The notes beneath the pieces were generated by a model. It was not told the DNA's origin, ran no database searches, and worked only from the letters and a program-made list of their open reading frames with translations. Source: Anthoceros angustus (lineage: Eukaryota > Plantae > Anthocerotophyta). Taken from it: a stretch of 64,000 bases of DNA. The position numbers and the translations under genes were made by a program. The DNA is taken from the NCBI GenBank assembly GCA_010909165.1, contig VJWM01000144.1:124001-188000 (forward strand), read 5' to 3'. Positions 12,353 through 23,599 of this stretch are shown piece by piece (position 1 is the first letter of the stretch; every line of letters begins with the position of its first letter).

Positions 12353-12659
12353 ATACCGCCTAAGTGAGTTTTCTACCTTCTTTAGTTGATTAGGCGTTAC
12401 AAAATGATTATGAACTTTTAAAAAAAATTAGCTAAAGTGCTCTCTAACACAATTTCCAGGCCGATGTCTTCTATCATTCCATATGTTTCGAAAAGTTTCG
12501 GAATCGACATCTTACATCAATATCTTTCAAAGTGCTAGGTCGATGCCATGAAAACGGAAACGGCCATATACACCAAGTTTCAAGTTTCAAGTTTACTTTT
12601 ACACGTCTCACCTTCTGGTCCTCGATGGCGGACTAGATCACCCACTTTTTGATGGAAAA

Positions 12660-12975
12660 GGTGACGAAGTCCTTTGCAGGACATTTGCTTGATGCTCTCC
12701 ACCATATGCAGGGGCGGGAGCACCCCCTTCCTGAGACACGACCTTTGCCTACATAGCATGTTTAGATATCCTATATGATGAACAAGGTGATGAAGTCCTT
12801 TGCAGGACGTTGGCTTGATGCTCTCCACCATATGCAGCGGCGAGAGCACCCCCGTCTTGAGACACGACCTTTGCCTACATAGTACGTTTAGATATCCTCT
12901 AGACAAGACAAGGTAGAAGCATTGACACATGACCTTTGCCTACATAGTACATTTAGATAGCCTCTAGACAAGGTA
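12660..12975. repeat. About 127-bp tandem duplication plus a partial third unit
   Basis: GGTGACGAAGTCCTTTGCAGGAC...GACCTTTGCCTACATAG...TTTAGATATCCT at 12660 and 12787; partial copy at about 12928-12975. Confidence 0.8.
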
Positions 12976-13597
12976 GTAGCATTGACAACTTGGGTAGCCC
13001 ATAGGGATACTAGTTTCACATGGTTATTGTAGGTAGCAGACACAGAGGTGGTGGTTCGTGAGTAGGCTGGATGCAGCCTAAGCTTGTACATATATGTCCT
13101 GATCAATGAGAACTATACACTAAAAAAAACATACGTCTCGCACCCTCACATAAAATCAGACTCAATCCAGCCTCCAACCAATTTTTCACTTGCGTCAAGG
13201 GTGTCCAGACCTCGTTAAATAAAAAAGCATCTCAAGTCCAAACGTTCGCGAATAGACTCAAATGGAAAAAGCGTTCTCGTGTTTAAGGGCGGCCTGGAAG
13301 CGATGCCCCATCGCCGGCGAGGGATCGGGGCATCCTCCAAGATGGAGCATGGATGGATCTGGTGAACGTACGTATGTACCGGGAACCATCGGGGCAGATC
13401 TTGGGAGGGTTGCATGCCTCGGGAGGAGAGCTCCAATTACTACAAATTTGTAGTGGTGATTTGGAACGCTCGCCAGTAGGTAGCAACTGCAACTCGAGGG
13501 AGAGTTTTGTTCAGCATAGGACAAGGTAGGTGACGGCAATCGCGGAGTAGCTCATCTGCATCTCCCGCCGCCAACAATTGATGACCTGCCCGAATTC

Positions 13598-13740
13598 GTT
13601 ACGCTATTGAATACTGAATCCTGAATCCTGAATCCTACGCTATTCGTTACGCTATTCAATCCTGAATCCTACGCTATTCGTTACGCTATTCAATCCTGAA
13701 TCCTACGCTATTCGTTACGCTGTTGAATACTGAATCCTCG
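13598..13740. repeat. 34-bp minisatellite (about 4 units) upstream of copy 2
   Basis: Unit CGTTACGCTATTCAATCCTGAATCCTACGCTATT, arranged head-to-tail with no spacers. Confidence 0.9.
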
Positions 13741-14027
13741 ACAGCGTATCCTGAGTCCTGATTTGTCTTCCCTTCCAGTCTTCCAGTGTCCACCTAGTCG
13801 CGAAGTGCCGGGCCAAAACCACGACGACTGCTTCTTGTGCTTGCAGCCGTTTTCTGAGTTGCCACTCGCTAGTAGCTGGGGGATCTGCAGGCAGAGCTCG
13901 TCAAGCTCGTGAGATAGGTTGGTTGAGAGCTTGATTCATGACGCTACTTCACTTGTCTGCGGTTTAGCCATCGAAGCACACTGACTGACACGTACCCTTG
14001 CTTGAAGCAGCAGGTTCCGGAGCTGTC

Positions 14028-17000
14028 ATGGGAGGAGGTCCGACGGAACCGTTGGAGGAAGTGGAATTGAGCGACGATGACAGTGTGGCTCCACGCGGCC
14101 TGACACCGAAAGAGGTCTTGCTGACCCAGGGACTCCAGATCAGTGATGACCTTTTCGGCGCCAGGAAGGGACGCGGCAGTGACGTTCCCTCCGGTGTGTG
14201 CTGGATCCTCACCTGCCAGGCCGGCCGTTGAGACGCTCGACTCCCTCGTTTTGAGATGTGAGGAAGGGAGAATGATGCATTGGACAGAATGGAGTGCGAT
14301 TCTCCTGTTGTTGTTGTTTCTGAGCCTTTTTGGGGTTGAGGCCGTTGCTAATGAAACCGCACGCCTGACGGACTTGGAGGATGTCGGAGAGGAGCTTGAA
14401 GGTGTCCCTCGGAATGTCGTGCGAGAGGTTGGAAAGGTGTCACCTGATGCTGGCAGCGATGCAACTGTAGAGGGCCCCACTTTGCACAGGTTCATGCACG
14501 TCAGGGCGGACAAGCTGGACCAGAGCTTTGTTGAGAAGGTCATCTTACCTCCGGATGAGATTGAGAAATTCTGCAATCACGTCAGGCTCAACTCAGCGGC
14601 ATGCCGTGATGGAAAGACGCTGCTGGATTTCAATGCCTTGAACTATGCGTCTGTCCACGTTGTAGGACTGTATGGAAGTAAGAAGGTGCTCGCTCGAATT
14701 TTCTCGAAGCTTGGGTTTCAGAGCGTGGTGTCGTCGATGCTTGGCCCTCTGGATGTAGGGATTTATGGCTTTCTTCATCAGGGCGTATTGTTCATTTTCT
14801 ATTGGCATGAGGGTGAACGAATGCTGGAGGCCTCCAGGAAGGACGTGTCTTGCAACTTCATTCGTTGTGTTGCAGACTTATGTGCGACTGTCTACATCTG
14901 CCTGGACGATGAAAACGATGTGGCCTTGTCGCTCATGACCTCCGGCGCTCTATTGCTGCCTCTAAAACGCAGCGTACGCAGAGGGTGCAGATATCAGTGG
15001 TCAGGAGTCAGAGAACGATGTGAAGCTGCGCAAGGGCTTTCACAATCGTACTTTATTCTTCTCGAGGGAGAAGCCAGGCAATGTCCAGCCATCTTCCTGC
15101 TCGGAGCCAAGTCTCAGACTTGCTGGCGGTCTCCACCGTTGCGCTTTTCTCACTTCATCAGTTGTCCCTCCTAAGAAAATTGAGACGAGTCATCACAAGG
15201 TACTGGAGTGTCAACACTTGGCGCAGGTTGTTGAGGAATGGTCGGGCCTCTTCAATCTTGACTTCACTCAGCTAGATTACCTCGAATTTGGCCTGTTTTA
15301 GAACATGCGGGTCTTGAAGGAAGCAGAGACTATCGCTTGCTCAGGGAGTCCCTCGAAGCAAGAAGAAAAGCTCAACATGGAAAGTTCTACGAGGTGGAGA
15401 AGCTTTTACAAGAGAAAGAAGAGACGCTTCTGAGCATCTTCAGCGGAGCTCAGCAAGCGTACTTGAAGCTCTATCACCCATGGGCAGAGAATCTGGTTGC
15501 TGCCTCTGAGGTTCACCCTTCTGGTGTTGCCTCCTTATGCACGGAGTGTTCGTTTGAACCGAATGATCTGTTTGAGGCAGAAGCGGCCCTGGTTAACATC
15601 TGGACAGGTGATGGTGGCCTTCAACCAGGAGAAGATTCTCAATGTTTGATTTTTGTGGGCACAGAATTCCGAATGTTAAAGGCCGACGGGACTACAGTGG
15701 TAAGCAAGGGTGTTGACGAATTCATCGTGCATCGAATTTCCTCAACACGATCTTCAAGATCGGCAGGGCCGATCCGTTGTGGGGAGGCATTTGTGGTCAG
15801 ACCCAAAGGTGCTGGAGCAGAGGACGATCTTGAGCTGACATGTAAGGCTGTGAAGGAGGATTTCCCTGAAGGTCCAGTTTTAACGTCTCGAATTATGGAA
15901 GTCACCATCAACCATGTCGGTACCCGAAGTTGCTTTAAAGTGATGCTTATCAAAGAAAAACCCTCAGGCGAAGGGATGCTAACATGGATGGAGGCATATG
16001 GCAAGCCTGCTGTGCTTCCTATCGGGGAAAGAATCGATGCTCTGGTCTCTGCACTCAAAAACCCTTCGGTGAACAGTGATGGCATCCGTTCTCGAGTTTT
16101 ACAGTATGCACAGGAGATCGTGATGTCGTCTGATCTTTTCAGCCTGTTCAAGGAGCGATTTTCAATACAATCTCTGGCGCAGATTCTGATGGAAAACTCG
16201 GAATGCTGCAGGAGAGGTGTATCTGAGAGGACCTCTCAGGCCGTGGAAGCTCCGATCGACAAGTTCACCCCTGAGGAGGAGGAACTACTGCTGGAACTGG
16301 TGCGAAGGATTTACGTTCAAGCCCTTGCTGAATTTTCGAGCGCATTAGAGACAATGGTGAAGAAAGAAGTAGTCCCCTTGTTGAAGAAGAAGATCGAGTT
16401 TGAAGCAAAGCGTAACACTAACTTCTTCAAGCAGTCCTTCCAAAAGGAGGAAAGGCAATTCCTGACCAGGTTACAAGAGCAGCTGTCCAGGGGGACACTT
16501 CGAGAACATTGTTTGTCCGTCCGAAGGTGTACCCTTCAGCGTGGTCAGAAAGAATCCGTTGTTGCTAAAGCTGTCAATTTTCTTTCAGGCCGCAGTGACA
16601 AGCTGGAGGTTTATTTTGTGTCAGAGCAAACAGACAGTCAGCGAATCGCCTGGAACATAGCCGAGCTTACACCAATGAAGAAGGACCTGGACGCTGCCAT
16701 GTGCACCTGGGCACCTCATCATTCCCCAGTGTTCGGAAAACTACAGGTTGATTGAGGTCGATCCACACTCAGAGAGGCTATTTCAAGTAGTTGCGGTGAA
16801 ATCTGGTGAAGTTTTAGTGTTCGTGGAGGATCTTAAACAGCCAGCAATTCATCTCTACCTGCTCCCGAGCTTGGGTGTAGAGATACAAGGCATGAATCCC
16901 GTCAAGAGATTCAAAAGGGGTTACGACCTTGTGGCAGTGGATGAAGTTTCAAAACTTGTTGGTCTGTATGATAGGGGATTGGCCAAAATTGACATCCTGC

Positions 17001-20000
17001 ACCTTGATGAATCCTTCCGCCACATGGATTGGTCTGGAGTTACGCTGAATCTTTCCGAGTACATCGGAATGAGGTTCTTAACTTCGATGTCCTTCAGCCC
17101 TGGCAGGAGAGAATTGGTGCTGGTGGACGAAGAATACAAAGTTCGGGTGTTCGATATCAGCACTGCCATGCTGAAGCCAGGGGATATGCAGTTACCTGGT
17201 CCTGCCCATAAGATTTGTGTTTCCACAGATGGATCTTGTTTAATGGCCTTCTATAAGTCCCGTCCAGACGGACCTCCGGAAGCAGCAGAGGGGTTGACGG
17301 AAAGCAGTGACCAGAGTGAACATAGAGGGCCTGGAATGGACGAGTCTCCTGAAGGTTCTTTAAAGATTGAGGTCTACTTGCTTGGCGAATCAGTATGTCA
17401 TCTCAAGACACTCTACCTTGACTACGAAGTAACAGATGTAAGAAGCATTGATGCAACCGTGGTAGCCTTCGGATCACAGGTCCATCTCGTACTTCTGGAT
17501 GCGTCAAGGCCGGACAGAGGCATATGCTCAAACGTCATTGAGATCACAACGGCCTTGGACGTCTGCCAGGTGCAACATATGCACAAAGGTCGACAAACTG
17601 GCATTGCCTCTGAAAGCACTGAAAAGGGTGGCCATGGCTGTCCGGCTTTGGACTATATATCAGATATTTGAGAAGTATTCGACGAGTGCCCTCTCATCCA
17701 GAGGACAAGAGATTTGCATCTGCATGTGGTTTTGCTGGAGAATCCAAGGAAAGCCAGGAGGCCTTGACGCAAGGCTCTGTGACTTACATCAAAGGTTCCA
17801 TGGACAAGCTGGCGAGAGATAAAGGGAAAGATTTCTCGCAGCTGAGGTTAGCTGTTTCCGCAGGCTCCGTGGATAGCTACATCGTCGATAACGTTCTTTT
17901 GGAGAGCACGGAAGGTAGAAACAGTGCGAATGTAGGAGACTGGATACGACTACTTGTTTGCCTCGTGCCAATTCAAGTAGCCGAGCTGAGAACAATACCT
18001 TGCGGCCTTTGGTAGACGGTCTGCAAAATCCCAACCTGAATTATGCAGATGCACTGGGGCTTGCTCAGGCGATTTGGGTTCTACGACTCCGTGTTAGCCC
18101 ATTGGTCTGGGGATATCAAAGTGATATCGTCCATGGGTAAGCAGAGCAGTGGCAAGTCCTACGTGCTCAACCATTTGGCTGGTTCGCTACTCGATGTGGC
18201 TGGAGGAAGATGCACAGACGGAGTATGGATGACTATGCGTGCATCGGAAGCTGCTTGTATGTTCTCCTTGACTTTGAGGGCCTGGGAAGCTTTGAGAGAA
18301 GCGAGCAGGAGGATATGCTCCTCTCTATTCTAAATGCAGCCGTGAGCAACATCACCATATTCAATAAAAGGTATGACATCCAATCTGACATTGTCAATTC
18401 GGTAATGATCATGAGTGGTACCATAACACACAGGGCTAACTACATGATCTGGACAGGATTTTCATCTGGACAAGGAAACAGAAGCTGTCTTTGAGCGCTT
18501 TCAGAATGGCGTAAGCTTGGTGAAGCAGGACAGCCGGCTCTTCAAGGGCCTCTTCTATATGGCCATCAAAGACGTGGATACATCAGACGTCAATGACTTG
18601 AAAGCAGAGTTCTTAGCGAAGATACAGCAAATATGTCACAAATCTCAGGACAACTTTCTTACAAAGATGTACGGAGGGGCAGTTGAGATAGCAGCGATGC
18701 CACCCTTCCAAAGGCCCGAATATCAGGAGAGTGTTGCCGAGATAGCTGCAACTGTAGAGGAATCGGAAGCTGTCCACCACAATGGCAACAGCCTCGCAGT
18801 AGACCTGAAGCTGGTAATAGCTCAGATAACTGCTAAGGATTGGTCTCCGATTGACTCAAGCGCTTAGCTTTAAAACTGGAGCTCCTGAAGAGACACATGA
18901 CTGCAGCAGTTACTATGGGAAAGCTGATGAGCAAGGCAGACTATGTCCTGACAAACTTTGCAACGCAGGAGGAAGTGGCTGATATCCCTGTTGAGGTTGA
19001 TGGTATGGTCTTCCATCTTAGTGACACTGACTTGGAACTGTACCCTTACAAGGAGACTGAAGTGATGGGTAACATTCTTCAAACTCTAAATCACTATTTT
19101 CAAGGAGTAGAGAAGCGGACCGGTGTGGATGATGACCGTTGGCACACGGCGTTCGAGAAATTTCTCATGGCATTGGCTGATAGACGGAGGAAGAGAATTA
19201 TGGAATGGTTAAGATGCAACACAGCAGAGTTCCAGCAGGAGGATGGTGATGTTCAGAAGCTTCGTTTGGAAGCCATTGCCACATTGGCGGAGGTCAAGCA
19301 GAGTCTGTCCCTGTGTAGCAGCAAGTGCGAGAAGTGTTTTCTGAGATGCGTTCTTGATAAAGGTCATCCAGACCAGCATACCTGCAGGGGGAACCATTAC
19401 TGCTCGGCAGTCTGTACGTTTTGCCTTCAGGAGCAATCAACAGGCTTGCAGTCTAATGAGTGTGGCGATCTCTCGGGACATGAAGGCCCACACGACTGTA
19501 AGTGCCGGAGCCACACATGTGCGGAGTCTTGTTCTCTTCTCAAATCATCCAACTGCAACCGGACCTGTGCCATGAAGCCTGGACATGCTGGAGAGCACAG
19601 ATGCAACACGAAGCAGCACGTGTGCAGAGAAGTGTTCTCTATCGGAGTGTACCAACCTCTGCACTTTCAGTGTTGATTGTGGAGAACACGATGAACATGT
19701 TTGTCATGAAAGGATGTGTCCCATGACGTGCATCGTGGACGGATGCAACAGGAAGTGTGGGTTCGAGGACCACTTTCATTCTCTTACCTCTGCTGGGCAT
19801 TTCTGCGGTAACGAACACACTTGCAAGGCGCAGTGTGAGGATGATGGAATATGCGAGATTCTGACAGAGGTGGTGAAGAAGTCCAAGGTTTTGTAGGGAA
19901 GCGATCTTCTTTTGAATACGAGCATGTGTCGGAGCAGAATGGGATCAGGAAAGGTTGCTGTATCCCGATTCCACCCTGGGAGGCTAAACACGAGGGCCGG

Positions 20001-21413
20001 CACTGCCACACTGTCAACCCCAATGTAGTACACTTTTGCACCACAAGATGTCCCGCTTGTGCATACTTCTGCAATCTTCCCATTGGGCATCTGGGCTTAC
20101 ATGACACCACACATGGAAACATGAGAGACGTCAATTTTGTTGCAGAGTCAGAGGACATCGACCTTGTGGACAGGAAATATGCTTGGGGGGAATCTGGTGT
20201 GGCAGAAATTTGCCACATGCACTGTAGATCCCAAGGCCGCGGTCACATCCACTTGGTCGAGTGTGGTGGCCATGGAAGGAAGGGTCTGGTCAAAGGCGTC
20301 TGTGGGAAGAGAGCAAGGCATCAGACCCGACAGTATGAGCGGCTCTATAAGAACGGACTTCTGGAGGCACCAAGATATCAGACCCGACAGTATGAGCGGC
20401 TCTGTAAGAACGGAATTCTGGAGGGAGCAAGGCATCAGACCCGACAGTATGAGCGGCTATGTAAGAACGGAATTCTGGAGGGAGCAAGGCATCAGACCAG
20501 AGAGTATGGTCCTGACACGACTGTCCCCAAAGATGAAATGACCCACGCAGCTTACTGGAGGCACTTGAGGTTCAAGGATCCCTGCCGAGAAGACGATCAG
20601 AAGCAGTTTGAGATGTGCAACCACTACTGCCGCTCGGAAGATCATGCTTCCGCAACCGCAACTTCGCAACAGCGATCCTACTGCACTGAGAAGTTGTGGC
20701 ACAAACCTGTGAGCAGGACAGAAACGACTTCCAGCGCAGGGTATGTTACGGAGGACGGTCATACGTTCGGCTGCAATCACATGAAGAATGCTTCAAGCCA
20801 TGTGATGTTCGTCATCGACAGGTCAGGCTCCATGGGTTCGTCAGACGTGAGGCCAACACTGGCTAAGTTTGCAGGCTCCTTCAACAACCGCCTGGGATGC
20901 GTCTACGAAGCCATCACCCGCTTCATCCGGACCCGGGTTGCAGGAGGGCAGTCGGATGTGGTGTCCATTGTCCTCTTCGACCACCTGGCCACCATAGCAG
21001 TGGAGAGGCAGCCCATCTCGGAGAGTCTTGTAGACAATCTCCTCCACCACTACAGAGTCGGTGGACGCACCTTCTACTCAGCCGGCCTGGATCTGGTTCA
21101 GCAAATTCTGCATCGAGCTGCACTGGACGCCTCTATGCAAGCCAAGCACCCTGCAGTCGTCTTCTTGAGTGATGGTGGGAATGGGGGTGGTACTGAGCCG
21201 GTTACCATGGTGAAGAACATGAAGGACGTCGACCACAAGCTTGTCTTCCACACCATCCTCTTCGGAGCAGACCATTCCCAGGAGCAGATATTGAAAAGGA
21301 TGGCATCCGCAGGCGGGGGGACGTACCAGGTCAGCATCGACGAAGTGCAGCTCGCAAGGACCTTTGAAGGTTTAGCCAAGAGTCTGAGGCCGAAGGTTGC
21401 TTCCCTCATGTAG
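14028..21413 (+). CDS. Giant GTPase-ZnF-vWA gene, copy 2 (chimera of a copy-3-type 5' part and a copy-1-type 3' part); many single-base frame breaks
   Basis: ORF fragments 14143-15174, 15337-16755, 16748-17671, 18517-18867, 18897-19676 and 19851-21413 are collinear with copy 1; GKQSSGKS, RCTDG, DFEG and MIDAS are present. Whether it is intact or a pseudogene cannot be resolved from this consensus. Confidence 0.75.
18371..18456 (+). other. 86-nt GT-AG intron, copy 2
   Basis: AAAAG|GTATGA ... GCTAAC ... CAG|GATTTTCAT, at the same position as the copy 1 intron. Confidence 0.8.
20311..20509 (+). repeat. In-frame 57-bp (19-aa) tandem repeat, 3.5 units
   Basis: Units start at 20311, 20368, 20425 and 20482 and encode (GARHQTRQYERLCKNGILE)n. 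Confidence 0.92.
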
Positions 21414-23599
21414 TAGACTTGGTGTTGCAAGACATCATCCGAAAGCCCTTCTCAGCTTCTGTGCCTCATGCGATACCCAGAATGAACGATGTCAAAATCT
21501 CCAAAATAGCCAGTCTCAACGCCTGGGAACTTCACGAAAACAAGAGAAACGTGCCTTCCTTCCTAACCCTGGACGCGTCCTCCTTTGTGCAAGAACGGGA
21601 GGTCGTGGTCCCAGACTCGCGGAGCGTGGAGGCCGGGTCCTCGCGGTAGGCGCGCAGACCGCATTTCGATTGACTCGGGTTGCCTAGTAATCCATGATTC
21701 ATGAGAGGGCTCCGAGATGCGGCCATGGCCGTTTCTCATCGGTTCAAAGGGCAAATCTGTGCCGAATTGTGTCGTTCTTTGCATGAGAGCATGCACTTGA
21801 TGCTGGGGGTCACACTGTGATTTTTCCAAGGATCCCAAGGTATCGAAATCTACGTACCTCTTCTACTTTTCAGCAAAGAAGCCGCCCGCTGTTGGTCACG
21901 GCGGCTAGAATACTTGCGACCAGGGTTCTTCGGATTGGACTCAAGCACCAAGATGTGGGCCCGTCCACACCTGGTGACACATACTAGACTTCAGACCACG
22001 AAGATTGATGCCAAGGATTAGTGCGGACTTGGTCAAGCCCATACCGCCTAAGCGGGTTTTCTACCTTCTTTAGTTGATTAGGCGTTACAAAATGATTATG
22101 AACTTTAAAAAAATAATAGCCAGAGTGCTCTCTAGCACAGCTTCCAGGCCGATGCCATCTATCGTTCCATATGATTTGAAAAGTTTCGGAATCGACATCG
22201 TACGTCAATATCTTTCAAAATGCGAGGTCGATGCCATGGAAACGGAAACGGCCATATACACCAAGTTTCAAGTTTCAAGTTTACTATTACAAGTCTCACC
22301 ACATGTGGTCCTCGATGGGGGATTGGATCACCCACTCTTTCATGGACGGGTGCGTGCATGGTTAGGTGCTCACTTTAGTTAGAAACGGTTGAAACGCTCT
22401 TATTTTGTCCTCACGCAATGTCTACAATTATGAAAAATTCATTTCTTTTCCAACTTGTCTGATTTTTTTTTAAATGTTATGGTAATGTCTATTTTTATCT
22501 AGGATTAAAATTTAATAAAGAATGGTATATTAAAATATGCTTAAAAAATTCAACTTGTTTAAGGACAATGTCCCCACATAGCTGGCCTTTTGCCGCTTCA
22601 TTTTACGAACCCGTGGCCTGGGAACGGCCCACCCACGCCCGCCTTCAAAATGCTGAGTTTAATAATCATTTTATGGTTAGGTTGAATATCATTTGCTGTG
22701 GTGCAAAGGGATCAAGTATGTGCATACCGCTAGCCGCAAATGACCTAGGTAATCAGAACTCAACTTGAACTCAGGCTATCGTTAATCGTGACAAGCTCCG
22801 TGGCTACATGTGGAGGACGTGGTGGAAGGAGCGGATCGTTCGACGGCGCTAAAAGTTGCAAGTAGGTCCGCTGGGTTGGTGGATATGCGGCGGTGTCTTG
22901 CAAATACGGTGGATAGTGCCGTGGCGTTGGAGGTGGTGCCTTCAAACTCTTGGCTGTTTTTGGGACGGTGCTATGGTTCGGTCACCTTCCCAACAACGGA
23001 GTCGATGGGCAGCAGCCAAACGTCGCCAACGGCAAAGCGGAAGCACTAATAACAAAGGTGCTTCACGTGAAGCTGGTGTCCAGGGTGTAGGAGGAAGAAG
23101 GGTAGGGATACATCTTAGAGGTGGACAGGAGCAGATGTTAAACGAGGAGACACGTCCTCCAGCAGCGGCAAGGAGAGTAGGGGAGGATGCTCCTTCCGTA
23201 GAGTTGAAGGAGAGGGCGCCAAAACATCAACAGCCCGTGTACATAGAGAGCGGCGGCTCTTGCAGCCACGTATTAGGGAATGCTCGGCAAGAAGAAGTGG
23301 CTCGACACTAGCCAATCGCTTTTATGCTCATCACGCATACACGAAAGTCGAGAGACATCTTGGAGGTGTTTAGTCACCTACCACTTCTCAAGTTGTATAG
23401 GCCGGGGCTACAAAGGATGCAAAAGAGATCCAACTAGGAGCATTGTTGTTGAAGAATGTGCGTGAGGCTTGCACAAACTTGAAGGCGCCTGTTGGAGACC
23501 ATTTGTGAGCAAGGAACACCTGCTCAACGTCATTTTATCTCAAGATCTCCAAGACAATCACCTTGTTGCTACGCTTTCCCACCACATTGGAGTCAGGAG

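Noticed and set aside
19880-19900. Programmed ribosomal frameshift at AAGGTTTTGTAG (shared by copies 0, 2 and 3)
   Set aside because: Copy 1 has one more T and reads through in frame; this is a typical homopolymer error with no canonical slippery heptamer.
21534-21853. About 320-bp segment present in the copy 2 flank but not the copy 1 flank, as a defined mobile element
   Set aside because: No TIR, tail or TSD seen; it could equally be a deletion in the copy 1 flank.
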